Notes: generated from the sequence alone by a model not told the origin. A DNA stretch of 64,000 bases from an uncultured Gemmatimonadaceae bacterium (GCA_963761305.1 CAVXGK010000002.1:2720001-2784000), one strand, 5' to 3'; shown: positions 10,435-24,115, numbered from the stretch's first letter. Program-made: numbers and translations.

Positions 10435-10452
10435 CGGGTTTCTCTCACGTTG

Positions 10453-10468
10453 ATCAAGAATCGTTGAT
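10453..10468. promoter_or_regulatory. Putative ArsR operator 2 (ATCAA-N6-TTGAT)
   Basis: ATCAAGAATCGTTGAT between arsR and arsM; same palindrome as upstream of arsR. Confidence 0.75.
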
Positions 10469-10489
10469 ATGTCGGCCAACAAAAACCGC

Positions 10490-10816
10490 TCAGTCACAGC
10501 ACGCCGAGGCGCTCCGAACCGCGAGCGCCCGGCGTGACGGCTTGAATCCGGCGACGGCGTCAGCGATCTCGGCGAGGGCGTCCGGATCTAGGGAGTAATA
10601 GACCCATCGGCCCTCTTTCCGATCGTTGACGAGTCCGGCGTCCTTGAGAACTCTCAGATGGAACGACAGTCGCGACTGGGCCGCGCGCAGCTCGTCCTGC
10701 AATTCGCAGACACACCGTTCGCCGTCGCGGAGCATGTCCACGATCTCGAGCCGGGTGTTGTCGGACAGCGCGTGAAAGAGCTGCGCCGTGCGCTGGAGAG
10801 CGGCGGTGGCGGTCAT
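10490..10816 (-). CDS. arsR: ArsR/SmtB metalloregulator
   Basis: ALSDNTRLEI, ERCVCEL, QSRLSFHLRVLK, C-terminal CC. Confidence 0.93.
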   Translation of the reverse strand: MTATAALQRTAQLFHALSDNTRLEIVDMLRDGERCVCELQDELRAAQSRLSFHLRVLKDAGLVNDRKEGRWVYYSLDPDALAEIADAVAGFKPSRRALAVRSASACCD

Positions 10817-10827
10817 GTCGAGAATAT

Positions 10828-10843
10828 ATCAACCGTTTTTGAT
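10828..10843. promoter_or_regulatory. Putative ArsR operator 1 (ATCAA-N6-TTGAT)
   Basis: ATCAACCGTTTTTGAT, 11 bp upstream of the arsR start codon. Confidence 0.75.
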
Positions 10844-10928
10844 CTGACAAGACGGGCAACCGACACGCCGTGACGGCCAAACCCCGCGCCGCTGGCGACG
10901 TGCCTCGCCGGAACTCGAGCGCGCCCTC

Positions 10929-10991
10929 CTACTAAGCCCATAGTTGACAACGCACCTGTGTTGTCGTATTATCTACTACGCACATAGTAGA
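10929..10991 (+). promoter_or_regulatory. Sigma70 promoter flanked by two putative BlaI operators
   Basis: TTGACA (10944-10949), 17-bp spacer, TATTAT (10967-10972); CTACTA-N6-TAGTTG at 10929-10946 and CTACTA-N6-TAGTAG at 10973-10990. Confidence 0.8.
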
Positions 10992-10998
10992 GGAACCC

Positions 10999-11385
10999 AT
11001 GGATGACTTCGTGCTCGGCGACCGCGAGTTGGATGTGATGGGCGTTCTCTGGGACCTGGGATCGGGGACGGTCTCGGAGGTGCGCGGCAAACTGCCCGTC
11101 GACCTCGCGTACACGACGGTGCTGACGATCCTTCGCAATCTCGAGGCGAAGGAACTCGTGACGCACACCGCCGAGGGCAAGGCGCATCGGTACGTGCCGC
11201 GGGTGGCGCGAACGGTCGCTCGGAAAAACGCGCTCAGTCGAGTCCTCGACAAGCTGTTCCATGGCTCTCCTGAGCAGCTCGTTGCACAGCTCGTCGAAGA
11301 CGAGACGCTGTCGGCCGCGGATCTCAAGAGGCTTCGTGCCCTGCTCAAGCCGCGCGGGAAGAAGCGCGGAGGGAGCAAATCATGA
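10999..11385 (+). CDS. BlaI/MecI/CopY family repressor
   Basis: ELDVMGVLW, LAYTTVLTILRNLEAK; RBS GAGG; translationally coupled to the M56 gene. Confidence 0.93.
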   Translation: MDDFVLGDRELDVMGVLWDLGSGTVSEVRGKLPVDLAYTTVLTILRNLEAKELVTHTAEGKAHRYVPRVARTVARKNALSRVLDKLFHGSPEQLVAQLVEDETLSAADLKRLRALLKPRGKKRGGSKS

Positions 11386-13025
11386 TCGCCTCGTGGATGC
11401 TGTACGCAGCGCTTGTCGGCACCCTGCTCACGGTGGCGGCGGTCGCCGGCGATCGCGTCGCCGTCGCCCGCCGCCGACCGACGCGCATCATCTGGTTCGC
11501 GGCCGTGCTGCTGTCGGTCCTTTGGCCCGTGGGCCGCGCGGCCGCGCGACTCGCGCCGAATCCGACCGCTGCGGCGCGTCTCGTCCCGTTCACCGTCACG
11601 GTTCAATCTCCGGCCATCATCACGCGCGACAACGGGTTGAATCGCGAGACAGTCGACCGGGCGCTCGTGTTCGTCTGGTGCGGATTGAGCGCGATGCTCC
11701 TGTTTCGTTTGGCGCGCGCCGTGTTGACGCTGCGGCGGACGCGCGACACGTGGCAATCGGCGCAGCTCGACGGCACGCCCGTTCGACTTTCCAAGAACGT
11801 CGGTCCGGCGGTGATCGGATTGCGCACGATGGACGTGGTGCTTCCGGAGTGGATTCTGTCGCTCGACACGCCGCTGCGCGCGATCGTGCTCCGGCACGAG
11901 GAGGAACACCGAAGCGCGCGCGACCCGTATCTGCTATTCGGCGCGGCGCTCGCTGTCGCCCTGATGCCGTGGAATCCGGCCCTCTGGTTTCAGGCCAGGC
12001 GACTGCGCTTGGCCATCGAGCTCGATTGCGACGCGCGCGTGCTGCGGACGCATCCGTCCACCGAGCGGTACGGCATGCTGATGTTGACGATCGCGCAACG
12101 CCGCTCGGTCGGTCCGACGCTGTTCTCGCCGATGCTCACCGAACCAACGTCCCTACTCGAACGGAGAATTCTCGCCATGCGCCCCACGACACGACGGTTG
12201 GCGCGAGTGACTGTGTACGGCGGCAGCGCGCTGGCCGTCGCGGCATTCGCGTTTGCATGCTCGCTGCAATCCGACACGACGGGCCCCAAGCCGGCGCCCC
12301 AGCGGGTCACCGACAATCAGATATTCCATGAGTTCCAGATCGAGAAGCAGGCGCAGCTCCTGCCGAATAATCCGGCTCCCGCATATCCCGGTCAGCTACG
12401 GAGCACGAACACGGAAGGAACCGTGTTGACGCAATTCGTCGTCGACACGAGCGGCCAACCGATGATCGAGACGTTCCGAGTACTCGAAAGCACCGACATC
12501 GGCTTTACGGCAGCCGTACGCGCGGCGATCCCGGCGTTGCGCTTCTCGCCGGCAGATGTCGGTGGAAAGAAGGTCAAGCAGCTCGTGCAAATGCCGTTCA
12601 ACTTCAGCGTGTCGAAGGACGCCGCCGGTGGTTCCAGCGGCTCGGTGAAGTTCGGTCAGACGCCGCTGCAGCCGCGTGGATCGTCGAATGGCCGCGGCGT
12701 GAAACCCGCGACGGTCCCGAACGGCGTCTACCTCGAGTATCAGGTCGAGAAGGCGGTCACGCCGCGGCCGGACAACGTCGGACCGCGGTATCCCACCGAG
12801 TTGCGGGCCGCGAACGTCGAGGGTGAGGTGCTGGCCCAGTTCATCGTTGACGAAGCGGGCCGCGCCGATTCAGCGTCGTTTCTCGTGGTGCGTTCCACCA
12901 ACGAGCAGTTCACGAACACCGTTCGCGCCTCGCTCTCGTCGTTCCGGTTCTACCCCGCGCAAGTCGGCGGCCGACCGGTGAAGCAGCTCGTCCAGATGCC
13001 TTTCACGTTCAGTCTCGCCAAGTAG
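11382..13025 (+). CDS. BlaR1/M56 peptidase fused to two TonB C-terminal domains
   Basis: TM helices, HEEEH, PWNPALW, IELDCD; two repeats of YP-x-LR...EGxVLxQFxVD...PAxVGG..VKQLVQMPFxF. Confidence 0.9.
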   Translation: MIASWMLYAALVGTLLTVAAVAGDRVAVARRRPTRIIWFAAVLLSVLWPVGRAAARLAPNPTAAARLVPFTVTVQSPAIITRDNGLNRETVDRALVFVWCGLSAMLLFRLARAVLTLRRTRDTWQSAQLDGTPVRLSKNVGPAVIGLRTMDVVLPEWILSLDTPLRAIVLRHEEEHRSARDPYLLFGAALAVALMPWNPALWFQARRLRLAIELDCDARVLRTHPSTERYGMLMLTIAQRRSVGPTLFSPMLTEPTSLLERRILAMRPTTRRLARVTVYGGSALAVAAFAFACSLQSDTTGPKPAPQRVTDNQIFHEFQIEKQAQLLPNNPAPAYPGQLRSTNTEGTVLTQFVVDTSGQPMIETFRVLESTDIGFTAAVRAAIPALRFSPADVGGKKVKQLVQMPFNFSVSKDAAGGSSGSVKFGQTPLQPRGSSNGRGVKPATVPNGVYLEYQVEKAVTPRPDNVGPRYPTELRAANVEGEVLAQFIVDEAGRADSASFLVVRSTNEQFTNTVRASLSSFRFYPAQVGGRPVKQLVQMPFTFSLAK

Positions 13026-13072
13026 AAAGCCCCAAAGTCCTCTTGGTGCCCGGGCCTCCAATTGCAATCCGA

Positions 13073-13197
13073 CATCAACGGGGGGAACACGGACACGAAC
13101 GGATGGGACGGACACAAACAGAGACAACAAGAACCAGGTTGTTGTCTCCGTTTGTGTCCGTTGAATCCGTTCGTGTCCGTGTCACCACTCGTTGATG
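13073..13197. repeat. Long imperfect inverted repeat (REP/MITE-like hairpin)
   Basis: CATCAACG..ACACGGACACGAACGGAT..ACGGACACAAAC.GAGACAACAA, 8-nt loop, TTGTTGTCTC.GTTTGTGTCCGT..ATCCGTTCGTGTCCGTGT..CGTTGATG. Confidence 0.85.
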
Positions 13198-13241
13198 CTC
13201 GGCTGCCCGGAACGGCAAAGGGTAGCGCGCCACGCCGAGTC

Positions 13242-15913
13242 CTATTTCTTTCGCGGAGCCGGCTTCTCCCGCCGATCCTCATCCGCCACGTCCACACTGA
13301 GACGGGAACACCATCGCGTGCTTCACCGCGGGATACGCCGTGCTCCACCCGCGCGCGTCGTGCCAGAGAATCCGATTGAGCAGCTCCGTCGGCGCCTCGT
13401 CCGGACTGTCGAGGTTCATGCGCGCCGACGCCAGCGCCGCGGTGCGACGTTCGCGCGCATTCTTGCCCTGAATGGACGCCGGCTTCGGATTCTCGTCGAG
13501 CAGTGAGATCGTCGGAGCGATCGCCGTATATGCTCCGAGATTCGGCGACTCCCCCGGCGCGATGAAGCTCGCCCGCATGTCGGTCGCCACGAGATCGAAG
13601 ATCGACATCGACGGCAGTCCGAGCATCAGCTCGATCGTCTTCACCATGCTCGGTTGCGTGTACATCGTCGAGTCGACGGTGCCGCGCTTGATGTAGGGCG
13701 AGATCGCGAGCGCCACCGTGCGGTGTCCGTCGACGTGGTCGACGCCGTCCTGCGCGTCGTCTTCGACGACGAAGATCGCCATGTCCTTCCAGAACGACGA
13801 CCGGCTCAACCCTTCGACGATTTTGCCGAGCGCGTAGTCGTTGTCGGCGACGCACGCGCGCGGCGTGCACCAGCCGGCTGCCGTTCCCTCCGTGTGATCG
13901 TTCGGCAGGATGATCATCACGAGATTCGGCATCGTGTGCGCCGATTCCCAATCGCCGAGATGCGCCAGGATGTCGCCCGCTTTCACGACGTCGGGGACTT
14001 CCTGCGTCCAACCCGGATACTCGCGCACCAGCGCGCGGTCGAGCGACGGAATCTCGGAGTGCGTGTCGTAGTGGGCCTTGAGCATGTCGCGATGCGCCGC
14101 GACGTCGTCCGGATGCGCGTTGTACTGCGCGAACATCGCGCGCCGCACCGAGTCCTTCGAGTCGGGGATCGACGGCGCGTATTCGCCGAACACGGAGACC
14201 GATTGGTTCTTGTTCTGCGCCGCCTCCCACAGGAATCCGCCCGACGAATACGCCATCGCGTCGATCCCCTCCGACGGATAGCTCCTTCCAAAGTAGAGCG
14301 GCCACATCGGATACTCGGTCTCGTTCGCCTGCGTCAGCCACTGATGCCCGTCCGCCGAGTTGCCGCCGTTGGCGAAGAAGTGGTCGAGCGTGACGAACTC
14401 GCGCGACAGTGCGTGCGCGTTGGGCGTGACGTCCTTGCCGTACATCACGAGCGAGCTGTCGTGCGAGCCCATCTCGTGGTCGCCAAGGACCTGGTCGTAT
14501 GTGCGGTTCTCGCGCACGATGAACACCACGTGGCTCACGAGCGACGAGTCGCCGGGCCGCTCAGGCACCGCGCGCGCCGCGGCGACTCCGATGTTCGCCG
14601 GCGGCGCTTGCGTCGCCGAGAGTGCCAGCTTGTCGTTCTCGGCCACCGCCGTGGTGTAGGCGAGCAGCTCGGCGTCGGTCGGCGTGGGAATCACGTTCAC
14701 CGCGCCGCGCGTCGCGAATACGTAGCGAGCCGTCTTCCCGTGCAGCGTCCCGGTGCCGGCGCCCGGTCCGAACAGCGATCCGACGGCGATGTAGCGACCG
14801 TCGCCGCTCACGTCCAGGCTGGACGGATACCACGACGTCGGGATCAGCCCGCGGAGTGTCGGCGTGTTGCGCACGTCGTACACCGCGACCGCGTTGATGC
14901 CGCCGAGTGCGACGTACAGCGTGGTGCGATCGGGCGAGAGCGCGAGCGCGGTGGGAGCAAGTCCGATCTTGCGGTCGCGGAACGGGGCGATCTCGATGTT
15001 CGTGACGACGCGATTCTCGCGCGTGTCGATCACGGCGATCGAGTCGGAGTTGCCCGCGGCCACGTAGAGTCGCGCGCCGGTTTCGTCCCACGCGAGCGCC
15101 GTCGGGTGGCGCCCGACGGGAATGTCGATGACCGAATCCGTCGTGAGGTCCACGCGCGCCACGCTCCCCGGCGCCGCGATGCCGCGCTCGTCGACGCGAA
15201 TCGCCTCGGCGCGCGGATCGCAGCATTGGGTCGAGGCGCGCTGGCCCGGTTTCGGCTTGGCGCCGCCGAGAATCGAGGCATAGGCGACGCGCGAATCCGC
15301 CGAGATGACGGCGGCGATGGGTTCGACGCCGAGCGAGATCTTGCGAATGAGCGATCCGGAATCGGCATCGATGACGGCCAGCGAATCGTTGGCCGGGAGC
15401 GGAAGCACGGCGAGACGTTTGCCGTTCGGTCCGGCGCGGAGCGCGACGGCAGGCGCACCGGCCATGAAGTCGCCGAGCGCACCCGAGTTCGTGGCGGCGA
15501 CGACCGAGTCGCCGCTGGCATCGCCATCGAAGATCTGGAGCTGTGCGACCGACGGACTGCCGTCGCGCGTTTGCTCCGGTTATGACGAGCCGCCCGACGG
15601 AGGACGAGAGGACGCGATGCGTGACGGGATCGACCGCGAGCGCGTAAACGCCGGGGCGGCCGTCGACGCGTGCGCGTGAGATAACTCGATTGTCGCGCCA
15701 CGCGACGTGCTGGATGGATCCTGGCACGGCGACGACGATGTCTTGCGACGATGCGCCGAATCGCACGCCACCGACTTTTCCGTTGAAAACGCTTTGCACG
15801 CCGGCGGGCGTGATGCGTTGTCCGGTGGCGATGACGCCTGGGTCGCGGATCTCGCGCGCCGGGGTCTGCGCAGGGACTTGGAGAAGGGCGGCGATGAGAA
15901 GAACAGCAGACAT
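13242..15913 (-). pseudogene. Secreted YncE/YVTN beta-propeller + alkaline-phosphatase-superfamily phosphoesterase; two +1 frameshifts (likely sequencing errors)
   Basis: Signal peptide MSAVLLIAALLQ; frame change near 15581; then propeller repeats, IVRENRTYDQVLGD, SADGHQW, PNDHT, EDDAQDGVDHVDGHR. A second shift near 13301 restores ...FPLSVDVADEDRREKPAPRKK*. Confidence 0.8.
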
Positions 15914-15924
15914 ATAGGATGGAC

Positions 15925-19078
<3,154 letters not shown>

Positions 19079-19202
19079 TCATCGAGGCTCTGAGGGGGAA
19101 CGACGATTTGATCTCGCCGCAGAGATTACCACACGCCAAACGCTTTCGCGATATCGGCCGCGCAATGAAACAGCAAGAATTGCTCGCGCTTGTAGAGTGA
19201 TC

Positions 19203-19653
19203 GTGAGCATCGCGTTGCATGACGACTCCCCGCCGACCGCAACCATCGAACGGACCTTCCGCGGGCCGGTGGAACGTGTCTGGGCGATGTGGACGACCAA
19301 GGAGGGACTCGAAGCGTGGTACTGGCCCGCGCCGCTCGTCGCCAAAGTGATTCACCTGGACGTCCGTCCCGGCGGCAGCTACGAAAATCGCCGGCGTCGG
19401 CCTGCCGCACACATCGCGCGGCGTCTACACCGAGGTGGTGGAGAACCGGCTCCTCGGTAGCCGCGCGATGATCGACTTCATCCCTGACACCGCGCCGTAC
19501 GAGCGTATCGACCGCGTTGAATTCCACACGGTCCCCGGCGGCACGCGCATGGTCTACACGTTCACCAGAACGCACAACGCGATGTGGGAGGAGCTCGCGA
19601 TCAAGGGATGGAACGGTTCGCTCGACAAACTCGCCCGGGCGCTCGAAGAATGA
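19203..19653 (+). pseudogene. SRPBCC/AHSA1-like protein; +1 frameshift near 19386
   Basis: IERTFRGPVERVWAMWT...DVRPGGSYE in one frame, then IAGVG...RGVYTEVVENR...GWNGSLDKL in the next; extra A in GAAAATC. Confidence 0.8.
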
Positions 19654-19733
19654 AGACGCGAACGCTCCTCACCGGTGGCGCGGTTGCCGGTCCACACTCG
19701 CCATGCACTTGCGCGACACACTCTGACGTCGCT

Positions 19734-19955
19734 TCATGCGCGGCTCTTGGCTCGCCTGGCACGGTGACGAAGCACCGCCCCGATCACGGCGAGGATCAGG
19801 CCCGGGACGATGAAGACTACTACGTCGAGCAGCAGCCCGAACGCCGCCATGCCGTCGGACGGAGCGTTTGCACCGGTCAGTAGTGAAATCCTGACCAGGT
19901 GTGCGGCGCCAATCAGCGCCCAGCCCAGACCACATATCGCGAGCACAGTACCCAT
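19734..19955 (-). CDS. Small two-TM membrane protein
   Basis: Two hydrophobic helices and a basic tail; a diverged partial copy at 24066-24116 differs mainly at synonymous sites in this frame. Confidence 0.55.
   Translation of the reverse strand: MGTVLAICGLGWALIGAAHLVRISLLTGANAPSDGMAAFGLLLDVVVFIVPGLILAVIGAVLRHRARRAKSRA
19786..19836 (+). repeat. 51-bp direct repeat, copy A
   Basis: 46/51 identical to 24066-24116. Confidence 0.9.
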
Positions 19956-20206
19956 TGGTGGATTCCGCGGTGGCGAACGAGCAATTGTGGTGGCTCACGG
20001 AACCCGGCGGTAGGCCCCTTCGCCGACAGCGGCTGCGTTCCAACGGTTCGCGCCAGGACCGCCTCTTGGGCTAACGTTTCCGCGCCGAGGGGCGTCCCAC
20101 TCCGATCCCGGCCTCTTTCATCGGCGATTTGCACGAGCACGCCGCTCGTCCTCGTCGTCGCCACGCCGTTTCCGATCTTCGAACGTCGAATCGAGTGGGG
20201 AATACC

Positions 20207-21706
20207 GTGACGCGGTCTACGCCTCTCGTCATTGCCGTTCTCGCCGCCTGCTCGTCGTCGGACAACAGCAGCGGCACGACACAGCCGCCGCCGCCCGACA
20301 ACAATCCGCTGCCGTCGGTGACGAGCGCCATACCAGCCACGGTCCTCGCGGGAGGACCAGCGTTCACGCTGACGGTGAACGGAACAAACTTCATCGCGAG
20401 CTCGGTGATTCGGTGGAATGGCCAGGCGCGCCCCACGACGTTCGTGAGCAGCACCATGGAGACCGCGCAGATCGCCGCCACCGACATCGCCACCGCGGGC
20501 GCGGCGCAATTGACCGTCTTCACGCCGACGCCCGGAGGCGGTACGTCCGCCGCGATCGGGGATGTCATCGTCACCGCGAACGGAAACGTCGTCTACGACA
20601 AGATCAACAACATCAGTTGGCTCGCTGATTTCGATTTGCCGGCGAGCAACAGATTCGGATTGCCGCTGTGCGACGGTACCGTCAATACCAAGACGTGCGT
20701 CAACTCGAGCGGCTCGATGAGCTACCAGGCAGCGGCGGCATGGGTGGCGGCGATGAATGCCGCCGACTATCTGGGACGCAGCGCGTGGCAGATTCCCACG
20801 AGCCCCATCCGCGATTCCACCTGTGGATTCATCGGCCCGCAAGACAATTCGTTCGGGTGGGGCTGCTCGGCCAGTGCGTTCGGTTCGCTGTACAACGCGC
20901 TGGGATTGAGCGCACCAGCGACGGCCGTTCCCGTCCCGAACATGCCGGTCGGCCCGTTCAGCAACTTCCAGCCGGCGCTCTACTGGTCGGGCACGTCGTT
21001 GTTGCAGCCGACCGGTGACACAGCCTGCTGCGGCACGTTCTCCTTCAACAGCGGCTGGCAGGGATCCAACATCACGTCGAATTTCCTGTTCCTGATCCCG
21101 ATGATCCCGGGCAAGATTCCGGGAACGCCAGCTTCGTCGGGCACCGGCCTGCAGGTGAACCCCGGGGGCCAGACAGTGTACGATCCGATTGCCAACGTGA
21201 CCTGGTTGGCGGACGCGAATCTGCCGGCCAGCAACACCTTTGGCATGGCGCGGTGTGCGACGCCGAGCCCGCAGAAATGCGTCAGCCAGGACGGCGCGCT
21301 GAACTTCAATTCGGCCGCCCAGTTCGTCACGGACATGAATGCTGCCGCCTATCTGGGGCAGTCGAACTGGCAAATGCCGCCGACGGACGGCAACTGCGCC
21401 GCGGGGTATCTCTGCTCTGTGACAACGGCGCCATTTCAAAGCCTGTTCTACAACCAGTTGGGCCTGACCCCGGGAAAACCGGTAGTGACCGCGCCCAACA
21501 TCACTGTCGGTTCGTTCACCAACATCCGCCCCTATCTCTATTGGACGTGTCAGGGGAACACGATTCACGACCCGTGCGACGGTTCTCCGGCGCCGGGATT
21601 CCAATGGAGCTTCTGGTTCGACAACGGATTTCAGGGGACTGACGTGCTGGCGCACGACATGTACGTCACGGCGTACTTTGTCGGCTCGCCTTCCGGCCAG
21701 CCCTGA
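20207..21706 (+). CDS. Lipoprotein with an IPT/TIG domain and two DUF1566 (Lcl C-terminal)-like domains
   Basis: Lipobox [14 protein letters not shown]...VIRWNG (IPT); internal duplication [20 protein letters not shown] / [20 protein letters not shown]. Confidence 0.8.
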   Translation: MTRSTPLVIAVLAACSSSDNSSGTTQPPPPDNNPLPSVTSAIPATVLAGGPAFTLTVNGTNFIASSVIRWNGQARPTTFVSSTMETAQIAATDIATAGAAQLTVFTPTPGGGTSAAIGDVIVTANGNVVYDKINNISWLADFDLPASNRFGLPLCDGTVNTKTCVNSSGSMSYQAAAAWVAAMNAADYLGRSAWQIPTSPIRDSTCGFIGPQDNSFGWGCSASAFGSLYNALGLSAPATAVPVPNMPVGPFSNFQPALYWSGTSLLQPTGDTACCGTFSFNSGWQGSNITSNFLFLIPMIPGKIPGTPASSGTGLQVNPGGQTVYDPIANVTWLADANLPASNTFGMARCATPSPQKCVSQDGALNFNSAAQFVTDMNAAAYLGQSNWQMPPTDGNCAAGYLCSVTTAPFQSLFYNQLGLTPGKPVVTAPNITVGSFTNIRPYLYWTCQGNTIHDPCDGSPAPGFQWSFWFDNGFQGTDVLAHDMYVTAYFVGSPSGQP

Positions 21707-21777
21707 GGCCCGGACACATTCTAACGGCTACGACTTCGGCTTCCGCCGATCAGTTCACTCTGACAACGAGATTCTCT

Positions 21778-23559
21778 GTGATCCACCGTTCTTTCCTGCG
21801 CGCCGCGCTGCCGGCGACGCTTGCCTTGGTCGCGACTTCGCCGCGACTGTTTGCCCAGCAGACCTGCCCCGCCACGACACCGGGCGCGACGTTGCCGCTC
21901 ACGTACCACGGTGGTCCGACCGTCGCCGCCATCACGGCGTGCGATCTCATGACGCGCCTCTACATATATGCGGCCGATTCCATGCGCGGCCGAGAAGCCG
22001 GGACGCCCGATGCCATTCGCGCCACGGCCTGGATCGAGAGCGAGGTTCGCCGCCTCGGACTGCGGCCCGCCGGCGACAACGGCACCTACTTCCAGAACAT
22101 GCCCGTTTCGGCGCGCGTCGTGTCCAACGCGTCGACGATCGTAAGCGGTGGGCAGACCTTCCACGTGAACGTGGACTTCTCTGCTGGTGGTGCTGTCGCC
22201 GACCGGAAGATCACGGGCGACGTCGTCTTCGGCGGCTCACTGACCGATACCGCCAGCATGCTCAGGCCTGACGATGCGCGCGGCAAGATCGTCATCCTCA
22301 TGGCGCCGACGGGGGGCGGACGCGGCTTTCGCGGTTTTCCCGCGGGCCTCGGCGAAGCGCAAGCGATCGCGCTCGTCAGTCCGATAACTCGGCCGCGGCT
22401 GCAATACGTTCTAAATGACACGGTGCAGAACGAAGGGCGTGCGGCTTATGCGGCGGCCAACCCGGCCGCCGGAGGCGGACGTGGTGGCCGCGGCGGTGGA
22501 CGCGGTGGTCAAGGCGGCGGCCCGCTCACGTTGACGGTGTCTTCGTCGACCGCCGCGGCGATGCTCGGCAAGCCGGCCGAAAACGCGCAGCCGGGCGACA
22601 AGGGCGGATCCGCCACGATCGACGTGAAGGTGGAGAACACGCCGGAGCCCACGCGCAGCGTCGTCGCCATCCTCGACGGGAGCGATCCAAAGCTCAAGAA
22701 TGAGTATATCGTGATCGGCGCGCACTCCGATCACATCGGCGTGGCGAACGCCGTCGTCGAGCACGATTCGATCAAGGCGTACAACATGGTCGCACGCGTG
22801 GAAGGCGCGGATTCGCGCCCCGTCACGCCGACTGCCGACCAGTGGACGCGCATCAACGCCATCAAGGATTCACTGCGCCGCGTCTATCCCGCGCGGCTCG
22901 ATTCGATCAGCAACGGCGCCGACGACGATGGTTCGGGCTCCGTCTCCATACTGGAAATCGCCGAGGCGTTCGCCAAGGGACCGGTCAAGCCGAAGCGCTC
23001 GTTGATCTTCATCTGGCAGACCGGCGAGGAGAAAGGGCTGTGGGGCTCACAGTGGTTCACGAACCATCCCACCGTGCCGCGCGACTCGATCGTCGCGGAC
23101 CTCAACCTGGACATGGTCGGTCGCGGCGCGGCGACCGACGTCACTGGCAGGAGCAAGGACGAACAGGAGTTGTTCGGTGCCGACAACTATCTGCAGCTCG
23201 TCGGTTCACGGCGTCTCTCGACGGAGCTCGGTGACATCGTGGAGCAGGTGAACACGACGGAGAAGACGCCGTTCAAGTTCGACTACTCGATGGACGCGAA
23301 CGGGCATCCGCAGAACATCTACTGCCGCAGCGATCACGCCAACTATGCGCGATACGGCATTCCTGTCGTCTTCTTCACTACGGGCGGACACGCGGACTAC
23401 CACCAGGTCACGGACGAGCCGGAATACATCCAGTACGATCACATGGCTCGCGTCGACCAGCTGGTGTACGACATCGCGCTGAAGGTCGGGAACCTCGAGC
23501 ACCGCGTCGTGGTCGACAAGACCAAGCCGGACAGCCCGTTCGCGCGCTGTCAGCAGTAG
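21778..23559 (+). CDS. M28 family aminopeptidase (secreted)
   Basis: Signal peptide; GAHSDH, NGADDDGSG, GEEKGL, NLDMVG, RSDH, DYHQVTD. Confidence 0.93.
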   Translation: MIHRSFLRAALPATLALVATSPRLFAQQTCPATTPGATLPLTYHGGPTVAAITACDLMTRLYIYAADSMRGREAGTPDAIRATAWIESEVRRLGLRPAGDNGTYFQNMPVSARVVSNASTIVSGGQTFHVNVDFSAGGAVADRKITGDVVFGGSLTDTASMLRPDDARGKIVILMAPTGGGRGFRGFPAGLGEAQAIALVSPITRPRLQYVLNDTVQNEGRAAYAAANPAAGGGRGGRGGGRGGQGGGPLTLTVSSSTAAAMLGKPAENAQPGDKGGSATIDVKVENTPEPTRSVVAILDGSDPKLKNEYIVIGAHSDHIGVANAVVEHDSIKAYNMVARVEGADSRPVTPTADQWTRINAIKDSLRRVYPARLDSISNGADDDGSGSVSILEIAEAFAKGPVKPKRSLIFIWQTGEEKGLWGSQWFTNHPTVPRDSIVADLNLDMVGRGAATDVTGRSKDEQELFGADNYLQLVGSRRLSTELGDIVEQVNTTEKTPFKFDYSMDANGHPQNIYCRSDHANYARYGIPVVFFTTGGHADYHQVTDEPEYIQYDHMARVDQLVYDIALKVGNLEHRVVVDKTKPDSPFARCQQ

Positions 23560-23602
23560 TTCGCCGACCAGCTGCGCGCTGCTCACGCGCTAAGGAATAG
23601 GA

Positions 23603-24115
23603 ATGGCAGCCTGGCAGGTCGACTTTTATATCATTCCACGGCGCGCACTGTCGTCACATGGAGTGTTGGACTCCTCAGCGCTGAATGCCGGGGCCTGGTG
23701 GGCAACACACGCTTTGCCGACTGACTATCAGAAGCGGCTCAACGCGGTCGCGCCGCTCGCGCCGTCGTCGAACGCGGAATTCGAGACCTGGGGATCCCGG
23801 GACGCCAATCGCATCGCCGTCCGGTCCAAGGACGGTCGCCCGAGCACGATCATGGCGCGCGTCGACGTTCGGCGACTCGATTCCAAGTTTGGCGCCGCGC
23901 TGCTCCAGTTCGTTCGAGCGGCCGACGCGGTGCTGGTGCGGAGCGACGGCCTCGTCGTTCAACCGCAAATCAGCGCCTACGCCGCCGCGCTGCGGAGTTC
24001 ACCGGCGTGGAAATTTGCCAGCGATGCAGCCGCGTTCCTCAGAGACTACTCCGACGCGGACGACGACGGCGACGATCAGGCCCGGGACGATGAGGACCAC
24101 GACGTCGAGCAGTAG
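23603..24115 (+). CDS. Hypothetical protein with an acidic tail
   Basis: AGGA upstream; protein-like composition (MAAWQVDFYIIP...RVDVR); the tail is encoded by repeat copy B. Confidence 0.7.
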   Translation: MAAWQVDFYIIPRRALSSHGVLDSSALNAGAWWATHALPTDYQKRLNAVAPLAPSSNAEFETWGSRDANRIAVRSKDGRPSTIMARVDVRRLDSKFGAALLQFVRAADAVLVRSDGLVVQPQISAYAAALRSSPAWKFASDAAAFLRDYSDADDDGDDQARDDEDHDVEQ

